Made by a program: the position numbers and the translations under genes. A stretch of 64,000 nt of DNA from NCBI GenBank assembly GCA_013265495.1, contig MU062133.1, positions 20,860,678 to 20,924,677 of the forward strand, given 5' to 3'. Positions 1 through 12,082 of this stretch are shown in pieces; the stretch's first letter is position 1; every line of letters starts with the position of its first letter. Origin of the DNA: Vicugna vicugna (lineage: Eukaryota). Below the pieces are notes generated by a model that saw only the letters and a program-made list of their open reading frames with translations, had not been told where the DNA came from and searched no databases.

Positions 1-1175
1 TTTGTATATAGTAGTGTGTTAATGCATTTTTGATTTCGTGACTTTGAGCTTCAGATTCTTCCTTCCAGTCCTGCTCCCTTAGCCTATCTTACAACATCTC
101 AGCATCCTTGAAGAAACTGATCCATGCCAGCCTTCTTTTCTCTGCTTCCCCAGCCTAAGAGTATCCTGAATCTGGAGGAAGAGTTAAATCTATTTTCACT
201 GAAGGGTTTCTGCCTTATTCTCAAAGCTGTGCTCAGCCTAGGAGAGGAAATCAGGTGTTGTGGTCCTGGTCCAGCTCCCTCTTTCACTCACACTGCACAG
301 AAGGTGAGACTCCACTCCTGAAGGCTTCTGAGGAGACATGTCCTCTCATCCTAACCCTCCCTTCCTTCTTTTCCCCTCCTTCAGGCCTCAGCTCTTTACC
401 TCTTTGCCCTCTTCATGCCTCTACTTTCCCCATTTTCTCCAGAGAGTGCCTTCCTCCCTCCAGGAATAATTTGGCTCCCAGGCCTAAGATTCCTCTGGCC
501 TGGGCTGTGTCAGGTGTTCTTGGATTGCCTCGACTTCCCTCCCCAGTGACTGCAGGCTCCTGGGAAGGGAGGGAGGAGAGTGGTTCTGATCTCCTCTATA
601 GGGAAAAAGTGAGGGCACTTGCACACTGTACTGAGATTTCTCCTCCAGAATTTCTCCAAAGTTCAACACACCTCACTGTGGGGGTTCATTTCTTTGCAGA
701 GTCTCTCAACTGGGCTCCATTTTTAGTCTTTCTAGTAACATAATGTGATTCTTTTCCATGAGAACCTAGAGACCTTATCTACCATTATAAGGTGGGTGTT
801 GGTGGCAGCGGGGGAAAGAGAAGGTAAGTCCCTAAAATAGACTCACATTTCTGAAAGGATGACTACGAATGTTGGTATTGAGTTACTGACCTTGCTGCCT
901 GATGACCAAAACCAGCACTGTCTATAAGAGGATATTCAGGGGCTCCGAGGCTCAGGGCAGCCTCTGGGACAGCTGTTTTGCCAGTGTTGTTCTTTCTTAA
1001 GTATGGTTATGATGAATACCCTTTATTAGAGTTTGTGGGACTGTATCTCTGTATCTTGCATCCTGAAAGAACCTCATTGACAGTGTGGGTAGAGCTGGGC
1101 AAATAAAGAAAAACTTGTGGTCTCTAGTTGAGGAGATGGACTTATAGACAGTAATGTCAGTAAGTGGAGTTTTCG

Positions 1176-1314
1176 NNNNNNNNNNNNNNNNNNNNNNNNN
1201 NNNNNNNNNNNNNNNNNNNNNNNNNNNNNNNNNNNNNNNNNNNNNNNNNNNNNNNNNNNNNNNNNNNNNNNNNNNNNNNNNNNNNNNNNNNNNNNNNNNN
1301 NNNNNNNNNNNNNN
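1176..1314. other. N-run (139 N), assembly gap or masked segment
   Basis: Directly visible. Confidence 0.99.
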
Positions 1315-1620
1315 GGAAGCTGCGGGGAGAATCCATTTCCTTGCCTTTTCTAGCTTCTGGGGGCTGCCTGCTTTCCTTGGCTCATGACTCCAACCTCTTG
1401 TTTCCATCATTTTATCTATTTCTGTCTGACTTCTGTCTTCTCCTGTATTCCTCTTATAAGGATCACTGTGGTAACGTTAGACCCACCTGAATAATCTCCC
1501 TGTTTCAAGATCCTCAAGTTGATCCCATCTACAAAGTCCCCTTTGCCGTATAAGGTACCATTCACATGTTCTGGGGATTAGGACTTGGGTATCTTGGGGT
1601 CTATTAGTCAGCAGACCACA
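1176..1620 (-). mobile_element. MaLR solo LTR, MLT1C/D-like; left part hidden by N-run
   Basis: 1315-1620 follows the reverse MLT1 pattern: ggggagaatccatttccttgcc...cttataaggatcac...atctacaaagtcccc...ggggattaggacttgg...cagaccaca. Confidence 0.75.
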
Positions 1621-2430
1621 TGGAGCAAGTACTGTGATTGGTGTAAACACAGGGGGCTGTGGGCATCCACACTAGGGACAACTGGACCATGGTAGAGAAA
1701 GTCAAGCATGTAGTAAGCTCTCAGCAAAGTTTTCTTTATAATGCAATTTTCCCTTTCCCCATTCTCTCAGTGTGTCTACCATCTCAGGACTGCAGGAAAG
1801 ACATGAATGTGAAGAGCCTGTCAGATGTGTCACTCAGGGTGCTGCTGCCCTGCTCCCCATCCCGTCTTGGTTAAAGGGCATCAAGCTTGCCCATTTCCCA
1901 AAAGAGGATTTGGAAATGGCCTCAGTACCCCACTTCCTCCAGACAAGGGTGTACAATGATATGTGCTAGGAGTCATAATTGGGAGTAAGATCGCTTTTCT
2001 CAGGGATGATGGCTTGGGATGAGCAGAGGCTCAAGGTGATGTTTCCTCAGCAAACAGAAACCAAGGTGAGGGGTTCCTGACCATGATTTGAGTTGGAGCT
2101 GAGATGTATCAGAGGAAAACTGTATGGCATTTATCCCTTGGATTTAGGGGAGTGATTTTGAATAGAGTAACTAGGTAGTTATTAAAAATTATTCCAGACA
2201 CCAAAAAGACTGATACGGGTGGTTCTGTTAGGAAGGGAGGCTTTGTTTACTGGAGAATGGGGAGGTTAATTAAGAAGTAAGGGTGTTTATAAGTAGGATG
2301 CTTAGTGGAGGTGGTGATGTTGGCCTTGTCATTAAATATTTTCCTGATATGAAAATACTCTCTTGGCCCTTACTTCTGGAGAAGTTTGATATTCTTTATT
2401 AGGCATTCGTTTATTCATTTCAAAATAAAA

Positions 2431-2469
2431 GTGTGTGTGTGTGCGTGCGTGTGTTGTGTGTGCATGTGT
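2431..2469. repeat. Imperfect (TG)n microsatellite
   Basis: gtgtgtgtgtgtgcgtgcgtgtgttgtgtgtgcatgtgt. Confidence 0.9.
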
Positions 2470-4972
2470 TCCCAACCAAAAGTCAGAAGCAGGGACTATC
2501 TTACCTAGTACATAGAGATTTAAAGCCTAGATGGATGGTTGGATGGGAGGATGGAAGCATGGATGACCTGTCATAATTGGAACCTCCAGCTCTAAGATCT
2601 CTGTCTCTGAATCCAGACAGAGAAAAGAGTGGATTCACTAGATTTGGGAGAGTATCATTCAAAACTTTTTCAAGAAGCATTTGCAGCTACTTCTGGTTTA
2701 TCTCTACTGGTGTATTTGTTTTCTCTGAAGCCATGTTCTGGCAGGGCCATCTGTGACTTATGCTTGGGGTTATGGAAGGTGGCTTTCCCTTCCCTTTCAC
2801 ACAATCACTGAGTATCATGCTGCCCTTCTGTTTCCTTCTCTGCCTTTCTGCATCAATTTTCAGCTTATCTGAATTCTCATTGTGAATGCTCATATGGGCC
2901 AATTCCATTTCATTGCTCCACAAAAGATTTCTTGGACTCTATTTTCTAGAGTAATTTAGCTGACTTCAATATGAATCAAAAGAAGCCAAAAGAGGTTGAC
3001 TTCAATATGAACCAAAAAGGAATGATGTTTGGCAACCTTTTGATAGCAATTATAACGATTAAGGGAGCACACTGTCCCAGGCTAGCTGTGGGTGCAGGAC
3101 ACCAACGCCTTAGCTACAATGGACGTCAGATGAGAGTCTGGGGCCCACGGGGCATGGAAGATATTGCTTGAGACTAACTCCTGGTGGTGGTGGGGCCTTT
3201 GGCTTCACAGAAGGGTTAAGTCTCTCATTATCATTTAAGGAACTTACGGCCTAATGACTGCTTAACTTAATTATATTAGCTCTCTTACTGTATTTAATAA
3301 AACTCTTTAACTATAAAGAGTTACTGGTCTTACTGGTTTTGTGTTTGAAGATGCTGCACAATAATCAGCAATGAGACCTTCTTTTTCTCTGAAGGAGAAT
3401 GAACAATGGATTGGGAAAACAGAAAGTTTACAGTGGTTCCTTATGAAGTTGCTAGACCAATACCAGCTAGGACTAAGGATGAGAGCTTTTCCCTGCTTTG
3501 AGTCCCCAGCTAAATTCCTAGGCTAATTCTATGTGAATCATGCTAAGCAGAGTTTTGAGAGTCATATATGGTGAATTAATGACTTCCCAACAGCTTATGT
3601 CAGCCTAGCTATACTTTCCCGAATTCACTGGATAATTGCCCAACGCTGTTTAATTAATTGGATTTTACATAAGGGAAGTGACATTACTGAGTGATGGCAA
3701 GTTCACAAAAGTAATACGTTAAGAAAATTAAGGGTTTTTTTTTGCAAACTCAAGGCCACCAATGCTTATTCCAAACTCTAAATCTGTAAAGATCAAAAGT
3801 TCTGCTGGAGGAAAAAGCATACCAAAGCCATGGAGAAACGTTAGTTTTGGCAAGATGAGCAAAGAGAAGTGGGAAGAAAGGAAGCAAACAAAATACAGGG
3901 AGGAAATTCTACCTTAACTCTCCTCACAAAAGTTTCATTAAAAAACAACAAACAATCAGCCAGCAGTCTTTTTATATCATTGAAAAAAATAATTAAAAGA
4001 AAAATATTTAAAATGAGCAACCTCTGCAGGTTCTGCTCTTTTCAACATATGAAATTCTGAATTTTAAAAGTTTTGTGGAATTTAATCTCTTAAGAAATTA
4101 GGAAGGTCCAAATGCTCGCAGCCTCAGCGGTTGGTAAGGCTGGGTCTCTCCTTCTAGGTAAGAAATACACTCACTCTGCGTAAATGTGGCTATGTCGTTA
4201 GGTGAAACCCCACCCCTGAAACATAATGATTCGATTTGGTGGGCTTTAATAAGGGTATCAAGTCCAATACTCCAACAAGGGAGTTAAGAAGTCACTCAGT
4301 TGTGCTTGCCCAGCAGAAACAGTAGAAATACAGTTCAAATTCCTCACCTAAGTTGTTGATTTCCATTGACTTTAAAACAGAAAACCATATCAGGCTACAT
4401 GATAGCACCATTTGCAGAGATGAATCAAGTGTAAGAGCATTTATTTTTTCGCTATCACATACATGCCTGGCAATGGTAAACACGCAGATGTAGGATAGAA
4501 CATGGCTTCCTTTTCATGCTTTATCCCACCTCAAAGCTACCTGGCCTCAGGGAGCTAGTTCCCTGGGGAAGCTGAGTTGTGTACAATCTATAGTGCTAGT
4601 TCCTTTTGCTCGTAGAACTCATGTGAGTAGGATGAATAATGGAACTTATCCTTCAAAGTAAAAGCTCCCAAATTCTTCCCTGTACAGCCAGTTTAAGCCC
4701 AACTGCAGCATTTGGCCTGTACTCAAAGAAAGAATGAAATTCAACTACAGCCTGTGCTTGAGTACACCTGAATTTATGGCCTATTTCTCTGCTTGCTCCA
4801 TTCTCCATGGGACAGATCTGAGTATGTTTCATTTTCGTTGAGAGCAACCCAACTCCAGGCCACAAAAATCAATAGAAGCCCTGTACTCATTTTGGCTGCA
4901 AAGCTAGAGAACAAGGTGAGAAATTGTCCCCAAGTTAATAAAAGGAAGTAGAGTACGTGCACACACACTCAC

Positions 4973-5101
4973 CCAAACACAGGCGTTTGAATTCACTTCC
5001 ACATGGGCTGCCAGGGGAAACTGACTGTAAACGAAGTCGGCACAGAGCACAGAAAGTGATCAGCTATGATGAACGTGATAAAAATGACCACTCTGCTCCC
5101 C
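4973..5101 (-). ncRNA. Candidate non-coding exon (129 nt)
   Basis: Minus strand: long AG-free pyrimidine tract ...ctttcttcaccatcctttcttttAG|G and donor TGG|GTGAGT; stops in all three frames. Confidence 0.3.
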
Positions 5102-5831
5102 CTAAAAGAAAGGATGGTGAAGAAAGACCAACAAAATGAATGTGAATGAGATCTGTGGTTATTATCAAGTGTAGCATTTCCCATCCCTGACTGAGATTTG
5201 AGTGATTTGATAAGTCGTTAAAAAATATAGACGTTAAGTCTATCTTATAGAACTTTGGGGAGAGAATAAGGAGAGCGCGTTAACAATTAAACCTGTAATA
5301 GGTAAAGGGAGCATTCTTGTCCTAAACTCTCAGATCTGGGTCCTTTCTTGGGAGAGTATCTCAAATGTTGTATTGTAAGTTTTGATTGTGTGTACACGGG
5401 GGGCAGCGTATATGGCTGTTTAACATAACTATCCTAGGGATATGGCTGCAGTTGAGGAATAGTTCACTCTCAGAAGCAAGTACAAAAAAATCTTGACTCA
5501 TATATACGATCTACCTTTTCTCACTTTCAATGTTAATAATCTCTTTTCATGTGGGCAAAGAAAGACCTTATTCTGGGTACAGTGTGCATACTTTCATAAA
5601 GAAAATTTCCAATCTCTCCCTCATGATAAGTGCTCTGAGACATGTCTTCACGGGACACTTAACAGGCTTTGGGAGCCCTGGACTATGAATGCAAAGCAGT
5701 CGTCTCTTTCAGAGGGTTACTGGACTTCCAGAAAGTCAGTTTTCTGACTCTCCACTTTAGGGACTAATGGAAACAATCCTTACCTCAGTTGTAGACTCTG
5801 CCTCACAAACTAAAACTAGAAATGATCCAGG

Positions 5832-6285
5832 TATTTGTTAGCAAGTGAAAAACAAGTTGTGGTGACTCCATGCGAATGGAACACTACTCAGCAATAAAAA
5901 GGAATGAACTCCATTATTACCTGTAATAGCATGAATCAATCTCAGAATAGTTCTGAAGAGTAAAGAAGTCAGACAAAAAAGAGGCCATATTGTATAGCAG
6001 TTCCAATCATATAAAATTCTAGAAAATGCGAAGTAATTAGAGTGACTGAAAGCAGATGACTAGCTGGTTATCTGAGCATGTGGCTGTGGGCCAGAGAAGG
6101 GCAGGAGGAAGGGACAACAAGGGGCCATCAGGAAACTTTTGGGGTGATGACTGTGTTCATTATTGATTGTGGTGATAATCTTATGGCTGAAAACATATGT
6201 TAAAGTTTATCAGACTGTACATGTTGAATATGTGTAGTATATTGTACATTAATACCTGTCAATAAAACTGTTTAAAAATGAAAAA
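5832..6285 (+). mobile_element. Old L1 3' end (L1MB/MC/MD-like)
   Basis: actactcagcaataaaaaggaatgaact...ggaaacttttggggtgatgactgtgttcattattgattgtggtgat...aataaaactgtttaaaaa, typical L1M 3' UTR. Confidence 0.8.
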
Positions 6286-7167
6286 GATATATATAGATAG
6301 CACTTAGCACTGTGCGTGGCATATGTTCTGCGCTCAGTAAATAGGGGCTATTTTTATCATTTTCACGCTGGGCTTCACTCGCACCAGTTTCCATAATTAC
6401 AGGAGCTAAAGCCACAGAGGAGGCATCAGGAGCCTTTGCATTTGTGTCAGCAAAACACAGGGCGGGGGTTTCAACCTCCTCTGAGGATCAGGCATCGAAC
6501 AGTTAAAAAAATCTATTGTAAATGCCTGGATAAAAAGGGAATTTTGAGCTACTGTTTTAATCAGGTGAAAGCCAATTTGATGCTTCACTATTTGAAACTT
6601 TCTGATTTTCTTGCCTCCTAAATTCAGTCTTCTGGTTACTGGGGAAACACATTTCCCCCCCTGAATCTGTATCTGTCCTCTAATCACCCAGGAACTGCAA
6701 TGTCGATTTTGTTTCACACAGAAGAATTATAAAATTGATCAGAGAGGGTTCATGATAAAGACAGGAATCCAAAGGTACCAGGAGGCCTAAGCAAGGACTT
6801 CTCAGGTCAGGCCAGCCCCTGGGCCAGGTGCCCCTGCCTTAGGGATGTCACCCACACCTGGTATTAGTTTCCATTCAGATTCTGAGTCTAAAGTGATGAG
6901 GAATTGACCTGTGTGTAGGAGGGGCCCCACCATGCAGACCTCTGTCCGTCCAGGACTTCTAGTGCACTTAGGAAGCCATTGGCAGGGTTGGAATGCCTCA
7001 GAGAGGTGGAGATTTGCACCCCCTCAGAAATGTCAGAGAAAAAGACCAGAGGTCAGGGAGGAAAGTGTGTCCAGGACAGGTGCCCCAAAGCCCAGGTTAA
7101 TCAGCTGATTGATGATTGACCCTGGGGAAAGGGTGAAGTCTGCAAAACACGGCTTTTAGTCTACAAG

Positions 7168-7262
7168 CATTCATTTAGCAACTGTCACACACCAAGCACT
7201 ATATTAAGCCGTGGGGAAGCATTGGTGAACAGGAAACAGGAACTTGAAGTTCACTGGGAAAA
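7168..7262 (-). mobile_element. L2 3' fragment
   Basis: cattcatttagcaac...caccaagcactatattaagcc...gtgaacagga resembles the reverse L2 tail. Confidence 0.5.
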
Positions 7263-8703
7263 TGGAGACTTAATGAACTCAAGTATCAGGCTCTCGCCAA
7301 GTGACCCCACACACATCCAGGGCACCCTTCTCCTTCCCAGAAATGTCCCTGCACCACCCAGCCTCTGGTTTCACATGAAGACCAGGTACCCAACTGCATT
7401 TCCATTCTTTGTAGACAGCATCCACGCTGCCCCAAATCCCTTTTCACTTGCACCTTCATCCCTTCAGTACTGTAAAATGCCTACTTGCTGGGGAAATTAG
7501 ATCTATTGACTGATCACTCATGGATTCTGTGTTACCTTTTCCCAAAGGTGTTTGCTTTTACAAGGGGCCACCGGAGAAGACAGCCTTATCCCAAAGAATC
7601 ATACTTTTGATGGTAGAATTTCTGTCACAGGGACAGAATGGTAAAGAAGATATCTTTAATAATGACATTATTTTAATATTCCCTTCTTTGTCTAGTGACA
7701 TTATTTTAATAGTCAATTTCACAACAATCATATGAAGTAGTTAATAATGTATAGATAAGGATATGAAATTCAGAAAATTCCAGTGTTTTACACAAGATCA
7801 CACAGCTAGGAAATAACAAAAGTGAAACATGGAAGCAGGTTCTCTAACTCCAAAGCAGGGGTCTTTCCATTGTACCCCAAGTGCTTCCCTTGGCAATTCC
7901 TTTGTGCACGTCTTCGGGCCGTCAGCTGGCTTGAGCTGGGGTAGGGACAGGCTCCAATGGGACAGCAATATTTATGGGACTTTCCATAACTCAAACAGGT
8001 ACCTTGGGAATTACTTTTAGTTTTCCTAGGTGGTCTGCCAAAAGTATTACCTCTTCTATTTTGCTCTGAACCTAGCTAGCTTAAGCTCCCTTCTAAAATT
8101 TTGAGGTGTTGAAAAGGAAGAGGATAGTGGCCAGTGGAATCATGCCAGTGTTCCCAGAGTCCGTGGGCATTGCTTATGGATTGGCCTGTCCTTCTCCCAC
8201 CCCCCCTGACCAGGGATCAGCCTTGGTGGTTAAGAACTTCTCCTAGTGGTCCAGCAGCATGGGAAAAACATGGCCCGTCTGGTGGCCTTGGCCCAGCCCT
8301 GGCCATAAAAAGGGATTTCATGTCATTAGCAACTTCTCTTTCACAGTTCGTTAGCATGAAATGTCTTGGCAGCTGAAATGACAATGGGGACTCCCTCCTC
8401 ACCAGTGATTTCGCAGAGTGAGTCGGAAAACACCCCATCCTAAGAGCAGCCATGGTGCAGCTGTATTTGCTGCTTTAATCTGTGGCTGTGACGCTAACAA
8501 GTTGAGATGCTGGAAAATGCTTGTAGCAGGGGTCAGCTGGCAACCAGATGACAAGTTGAAATTAACTTCACACGGCAGGTCTAGTGGATAAACTGGCTGT
8601 GTCTGGATGCCTAGCTTTGTCCACATTACTAGAAGAAGGCTCCGCTACCAAGGCTGAGCTGGAGATAGTGGGGTAAACTAAGGCACACTAGGGGGTTCCA
8701 GTG

Positions 8704-8791
8704 AAGTGTGTGTGGGATGTGTATGTGTGTGTATACACATATATTAAAAATACATATATATATACATGTGTGTATATATACACATATGCAC
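8704..8791. repeat. (TG)/(TA)/(CA) low-complexity tract
   Basis: Directly visible alternating dinucleotides. Confidence 0.85.
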
Positions 8792-9278
8792 AGAATATAA
8801 ATAAAGAAATTTATTTTTACTCAATATTTGTTGTCTATCTAAAGAGGATAGAAAATACAATTATATTAGCCCCCAAGCAAGTTGCTTTTGAGATCAGGAC
8901 ATGAAGTGCAAGTCTGTTTTCTAGGAGAATTGATCATTGTTTCACAAGTTAGGGCCAGAGTTGAAAATAATAGCTCCCAAGGCTATTTGAAATGTATACT
9001 CCATTAATGACAAAACAAAAACAGAGTGAGTGACCCTGTTGAGTAATTGAGTCTCTCTATTGATACCTAGGGTAACATCTATGTGTGAAAATCGAGGCAC
9101 TGAGCAACATTAAACCTAAAGGTTTGTTTTTCTTCTGCTTTGGGCCTATGATTTAATTACCAGCAATGGACAGGGTTCACTCCAGCCCCACCTCTACCTA
9201 CTTACCAAGTAGAAATTAAAGGGTGGAGAGGAAGATGGTTTGGTGTAGAACTTTAACTCTGCTGTTTGCTGGGGGCAG

Positions 9279-9803
9279 TGTGGCAAGTATCCTCCCAGAT
9301 GGCTGCCAGTGACCCTGAATCCTGGTGTTCACACTCACGTATAATTTCATCCCCTTGGTTATTAACTCATGTCTAGCAAATACAGAAAAGTGATGGGATG
9401 TCAATTCTGAGATTAGATCATAAAAAGATTGTGGCTTCCAGCTTGAGTGCAAACTCTCTCACTCTCATTCTCCCTCTCCCTCTCTCTCTGATCACTCTTT
9501 CTGGGGAGCCACGTAGTGAGCAAGGTTGGAGGGAAAAGGACAGAGACCTGCCAATACCTATGTAAGTGAGCATGGAAGACGACCCCCTCCCCATTTCGTC
9601 CCCTCTCTGGCATTCAGATGAAACCACAGCCCTGGCCAACAGCTCGCCTGCAACCTCAGAGAGACCCTGACCGAGGGACACACAGTGAATCTGTGCCCAG
9701 ATTCCAGATCAACAGAAACTCTTATAAATGTTTGTTGTTTGAAGACACTAAGTTGGGGTGGGGTGGGATGGTCATTTGTTAAGCAAAAATAGAACACCAG
9801 TAT
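9279..9803 (+). mobile_element. MaLR solo LTR, MLT1F-like
   Basis: tgtggcaag...cctggtgttcacac...aaaagtgatgggatgtcaattctgagattag...cagatgaaaccacagccctggccaacag...ataaatgtttgttgtttgaagacactaagtt. Confidence 0.75.
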
Positions 9804-9994
9804 AGGCAGCAATGGGAGACAAGGTGATTCCCTCATTAACCACCGTGTGGATGGCCCAAGTCATCACAGGACTCAGTGACCAGTAAAGATCTAAATGAAT
9901 ACTGATTTTGAGGGGGACTTTTTCTAACCTTGGGTAGTGGAATCACCACCTGTGACTCACCACACATACAGGGGACTCACCAGACACATTTCTA

Positions 9995-10150
9995 CCACTG
10001 GTTAGAATGGTTTAAAAACAGTCCTGATCTAGAGGCAAGGGCCCCACCACAGACTTACTAAAATAAGATCTCTAGGGTGGGACCTGGATCTGTATTTTTG
10101 GAAAATCATTCTGGTAATTCTGCTGTTTAGGTCATTTTGGAAATCCCTGG
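9995..10150. mobile_element. MER5A/B-like hAT-Charlie MITE
   Basis: gggccccaccacagacttactaaaataagatctctagggtgggacctggatctgtattttt...ctggtaattctg. Confidence 0.6.
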
Positions 10151-10447
10151 AATAAACAACCTCTCCAGGCTGTGTTCTATTATCGGATCACCATGATTCT
10201 CTGTGTTAAGGGAGTTTCACATCTAGTGCAAGTGATACCTAGCAGGTGAGCTTAGCAGACCTGAATGTTCTAAATGTGGGTGTCAGCAGCCTGTAGGACT
10301 CAGAAAGTTGAGGAGTATCACAAAGCTTACTTACATACCTAGTCTAATCTAAGTAGTAATGGAGATTCTAGCATAATTCCACAAATGGTTTGTTCTCTAG
10401 CAACTCAAACATCAATGATGTGTTGCTCAACTTATCTGCTTTCAGAG

Positions 10448-10570
10448 ACACTGTAGTGTGGGGAAGAAGACATTGGGATTGGAGCCAGAACTGGGGTTAA
10501 GTGCTGGCTCCTCTGCTTAGCAGCTGTGTGACCTTGGGCAAGTTAACTCATCTCTCTGAGCACACTTCCT
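10448..10570 (+). mobile_element. MIR SINE
   Basis: MIR core: ctctgcttagcagctgtgtgaccttgggcaagttaactcatctctctgag. Confidence 0.85.
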
Positions 10571-10589
10571 TTACACTTTAATTTATTTT

Positions 10590-11290
10590 TAAGAAACTTG
10601 TTGTGGTGGTTTTTTTTTTTCTGGCTACAAAAGTAATATAGCCTCCTTCTAAAAATACAGAACATACAGAAAAGTATTTTTAAAATGCAAATTATACACA
10701 ACCCAGAAACCTCTGATTACTACAGTTCTGTTTCCGCCAATCTAGTGTAAATGGATTTACATACATGTTTTTATAGAACTATGATCATGTTATTATGTAA
10801 GACTTTCACCCTGCTTTTTCACTTAACTTTGTATTCTGAACGGTTTCTCACATCATTACAAGTTCTTCAAAGATCTCACTCCCAGGGGCTCTATAGCACC
10901 CCCTTGTGTAGGTGTATGATTCTGTGGTTAAACATTTCAATTATTTGCAAGTTTTTACCTTTGTAAAGAATAATATGAGAAGCATCCTAGTATACAGTAT
11001 TTGTCCACATTTCCTATTACTTCCTTAGAAAGAACTCTCAGAAATGAAACTACTGCATCCAAAGGTTTGAATATGTGTAAAGGTTCTGATACATGCTGCA
11101 AATTGCTCTTCAGAAAGGAGCAATGTGTACTTCCACCAGTAGAAAGAGAATTTCCATCTCAACGCAACTTTGCCAGCATAAATATTATTTTAAAATATTT
11201 CTAATTTGATGATTTACAGGTCTTTGTTGGTTGGATAGTCAAAATATGCTTTCTTGTTTTCAGGTGTACTTCTTATATTGCTAGTAAGAT
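10590..11290 (-). mobile_element. L1ME-type fragment
   Basis: ctgctttttcacttaac...ttccttagaaagaactctcagaaatgaaactactgcatccaaagg...tgcaaattgctcttcagaaagg...cttccaccag, reverse L1ME 3' ORF2/UTR. Confidence 0.7.
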
Positions 11291-11988
11291 CAAGCTCTTT
11301 TCCTACACTTAATACTTCTTTGGTAAAATGAGAGTGATATTCCTTACCCATACCATAGGGTTATTGGGGAAATTTATAAAGTGGTGATTGTGAATACTTT
11401 TTATAAATGTAGTGATACAGTATATTTAAATAAATCCTATGGTCTCAATGTAGTTGAGAGCTATTTTATATGTAGACAAATCAATCTGTCATAAGGCTGT
11501 GGGATCAAGGGTAAGCCCCATGCATTTCAGAGTTCAGTCGCATTAACAGCTGTAATAAAGGAGTCCTCATATACAGCAAACAGACCCATGCCCCCCTGCA
11601 CGGCTGTCTCCATACGCTCACTCTTGGTAATGGGAGGGGGTGGGGGAGGAGTGATTTGGTTGGTTGTATGTTTGTTAACAGCAGCTCTCCATAGCCACTT
11701 CCTCTTCCTCCACCGGCCATGTCCCTGAGTCACTGCTCAAATGTGGGTCACAGCAGCTGTAGGCTCTCCTATAGTAAGGACCAAGACTCTGCCCCTTTCG
11801 ACATGCCCTGAGAACTGGTCTGCCTAGATGTACAAACTGCTTGATTTCAATATACATAATGATGATGAGCACCAAAAGAAAACCACAGTTTGTAGAATTT
11901 CTGTATTAAGTGGATAATGTATGTATTATTGGTTATTTAGTTTGATTCTCTCACTTATTTGAAAAAGAAGATTAAGAAATAAAACCAA

Positions 11989-12082
11989 GGGGGGTGGTGT
12001 TCAACTCAGTGGTAGAGCACATGCTTAATATGCATGAGGTCCTAGATTCAATCCCCAGTACCACCATTTAAAAAAAAAAAAA
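11989..12082 (+). mobile_element. tRNA-derived SINE, Vic-1-like (camelid), with A-tail and probable TSD
   Basis: gggggg...ctcagtggtagagcacatgcttaatatgcatgaggtcctagattcaatccccagtacc + poly(A); A/B-box remnants; flanks aagaaataaaacca (11974-11987) and aagaaagaaaaacca (ends 12103). Confidence 0.85.

Noticed and set aside
821-829. Consensus donors such as AAG|GTAAGT (824), CAG|GTGAGT (39418) and minus-strand GATG|GTAAGT (about 48868)
   Set aside because: No convincing paired acceptor; several such motifs are expected by chance in 64 kb
8769-8784. Perfect 16-bp palindrome tgtgtatatatacaca
   Set aside because: Trivial consequence of TG/TA/CA low complexity
11989-12065. tRNA gene
   Set aside because: Poly(A) tail, TSD, mutated B-box and no intact acceptor stem indicate a SINE
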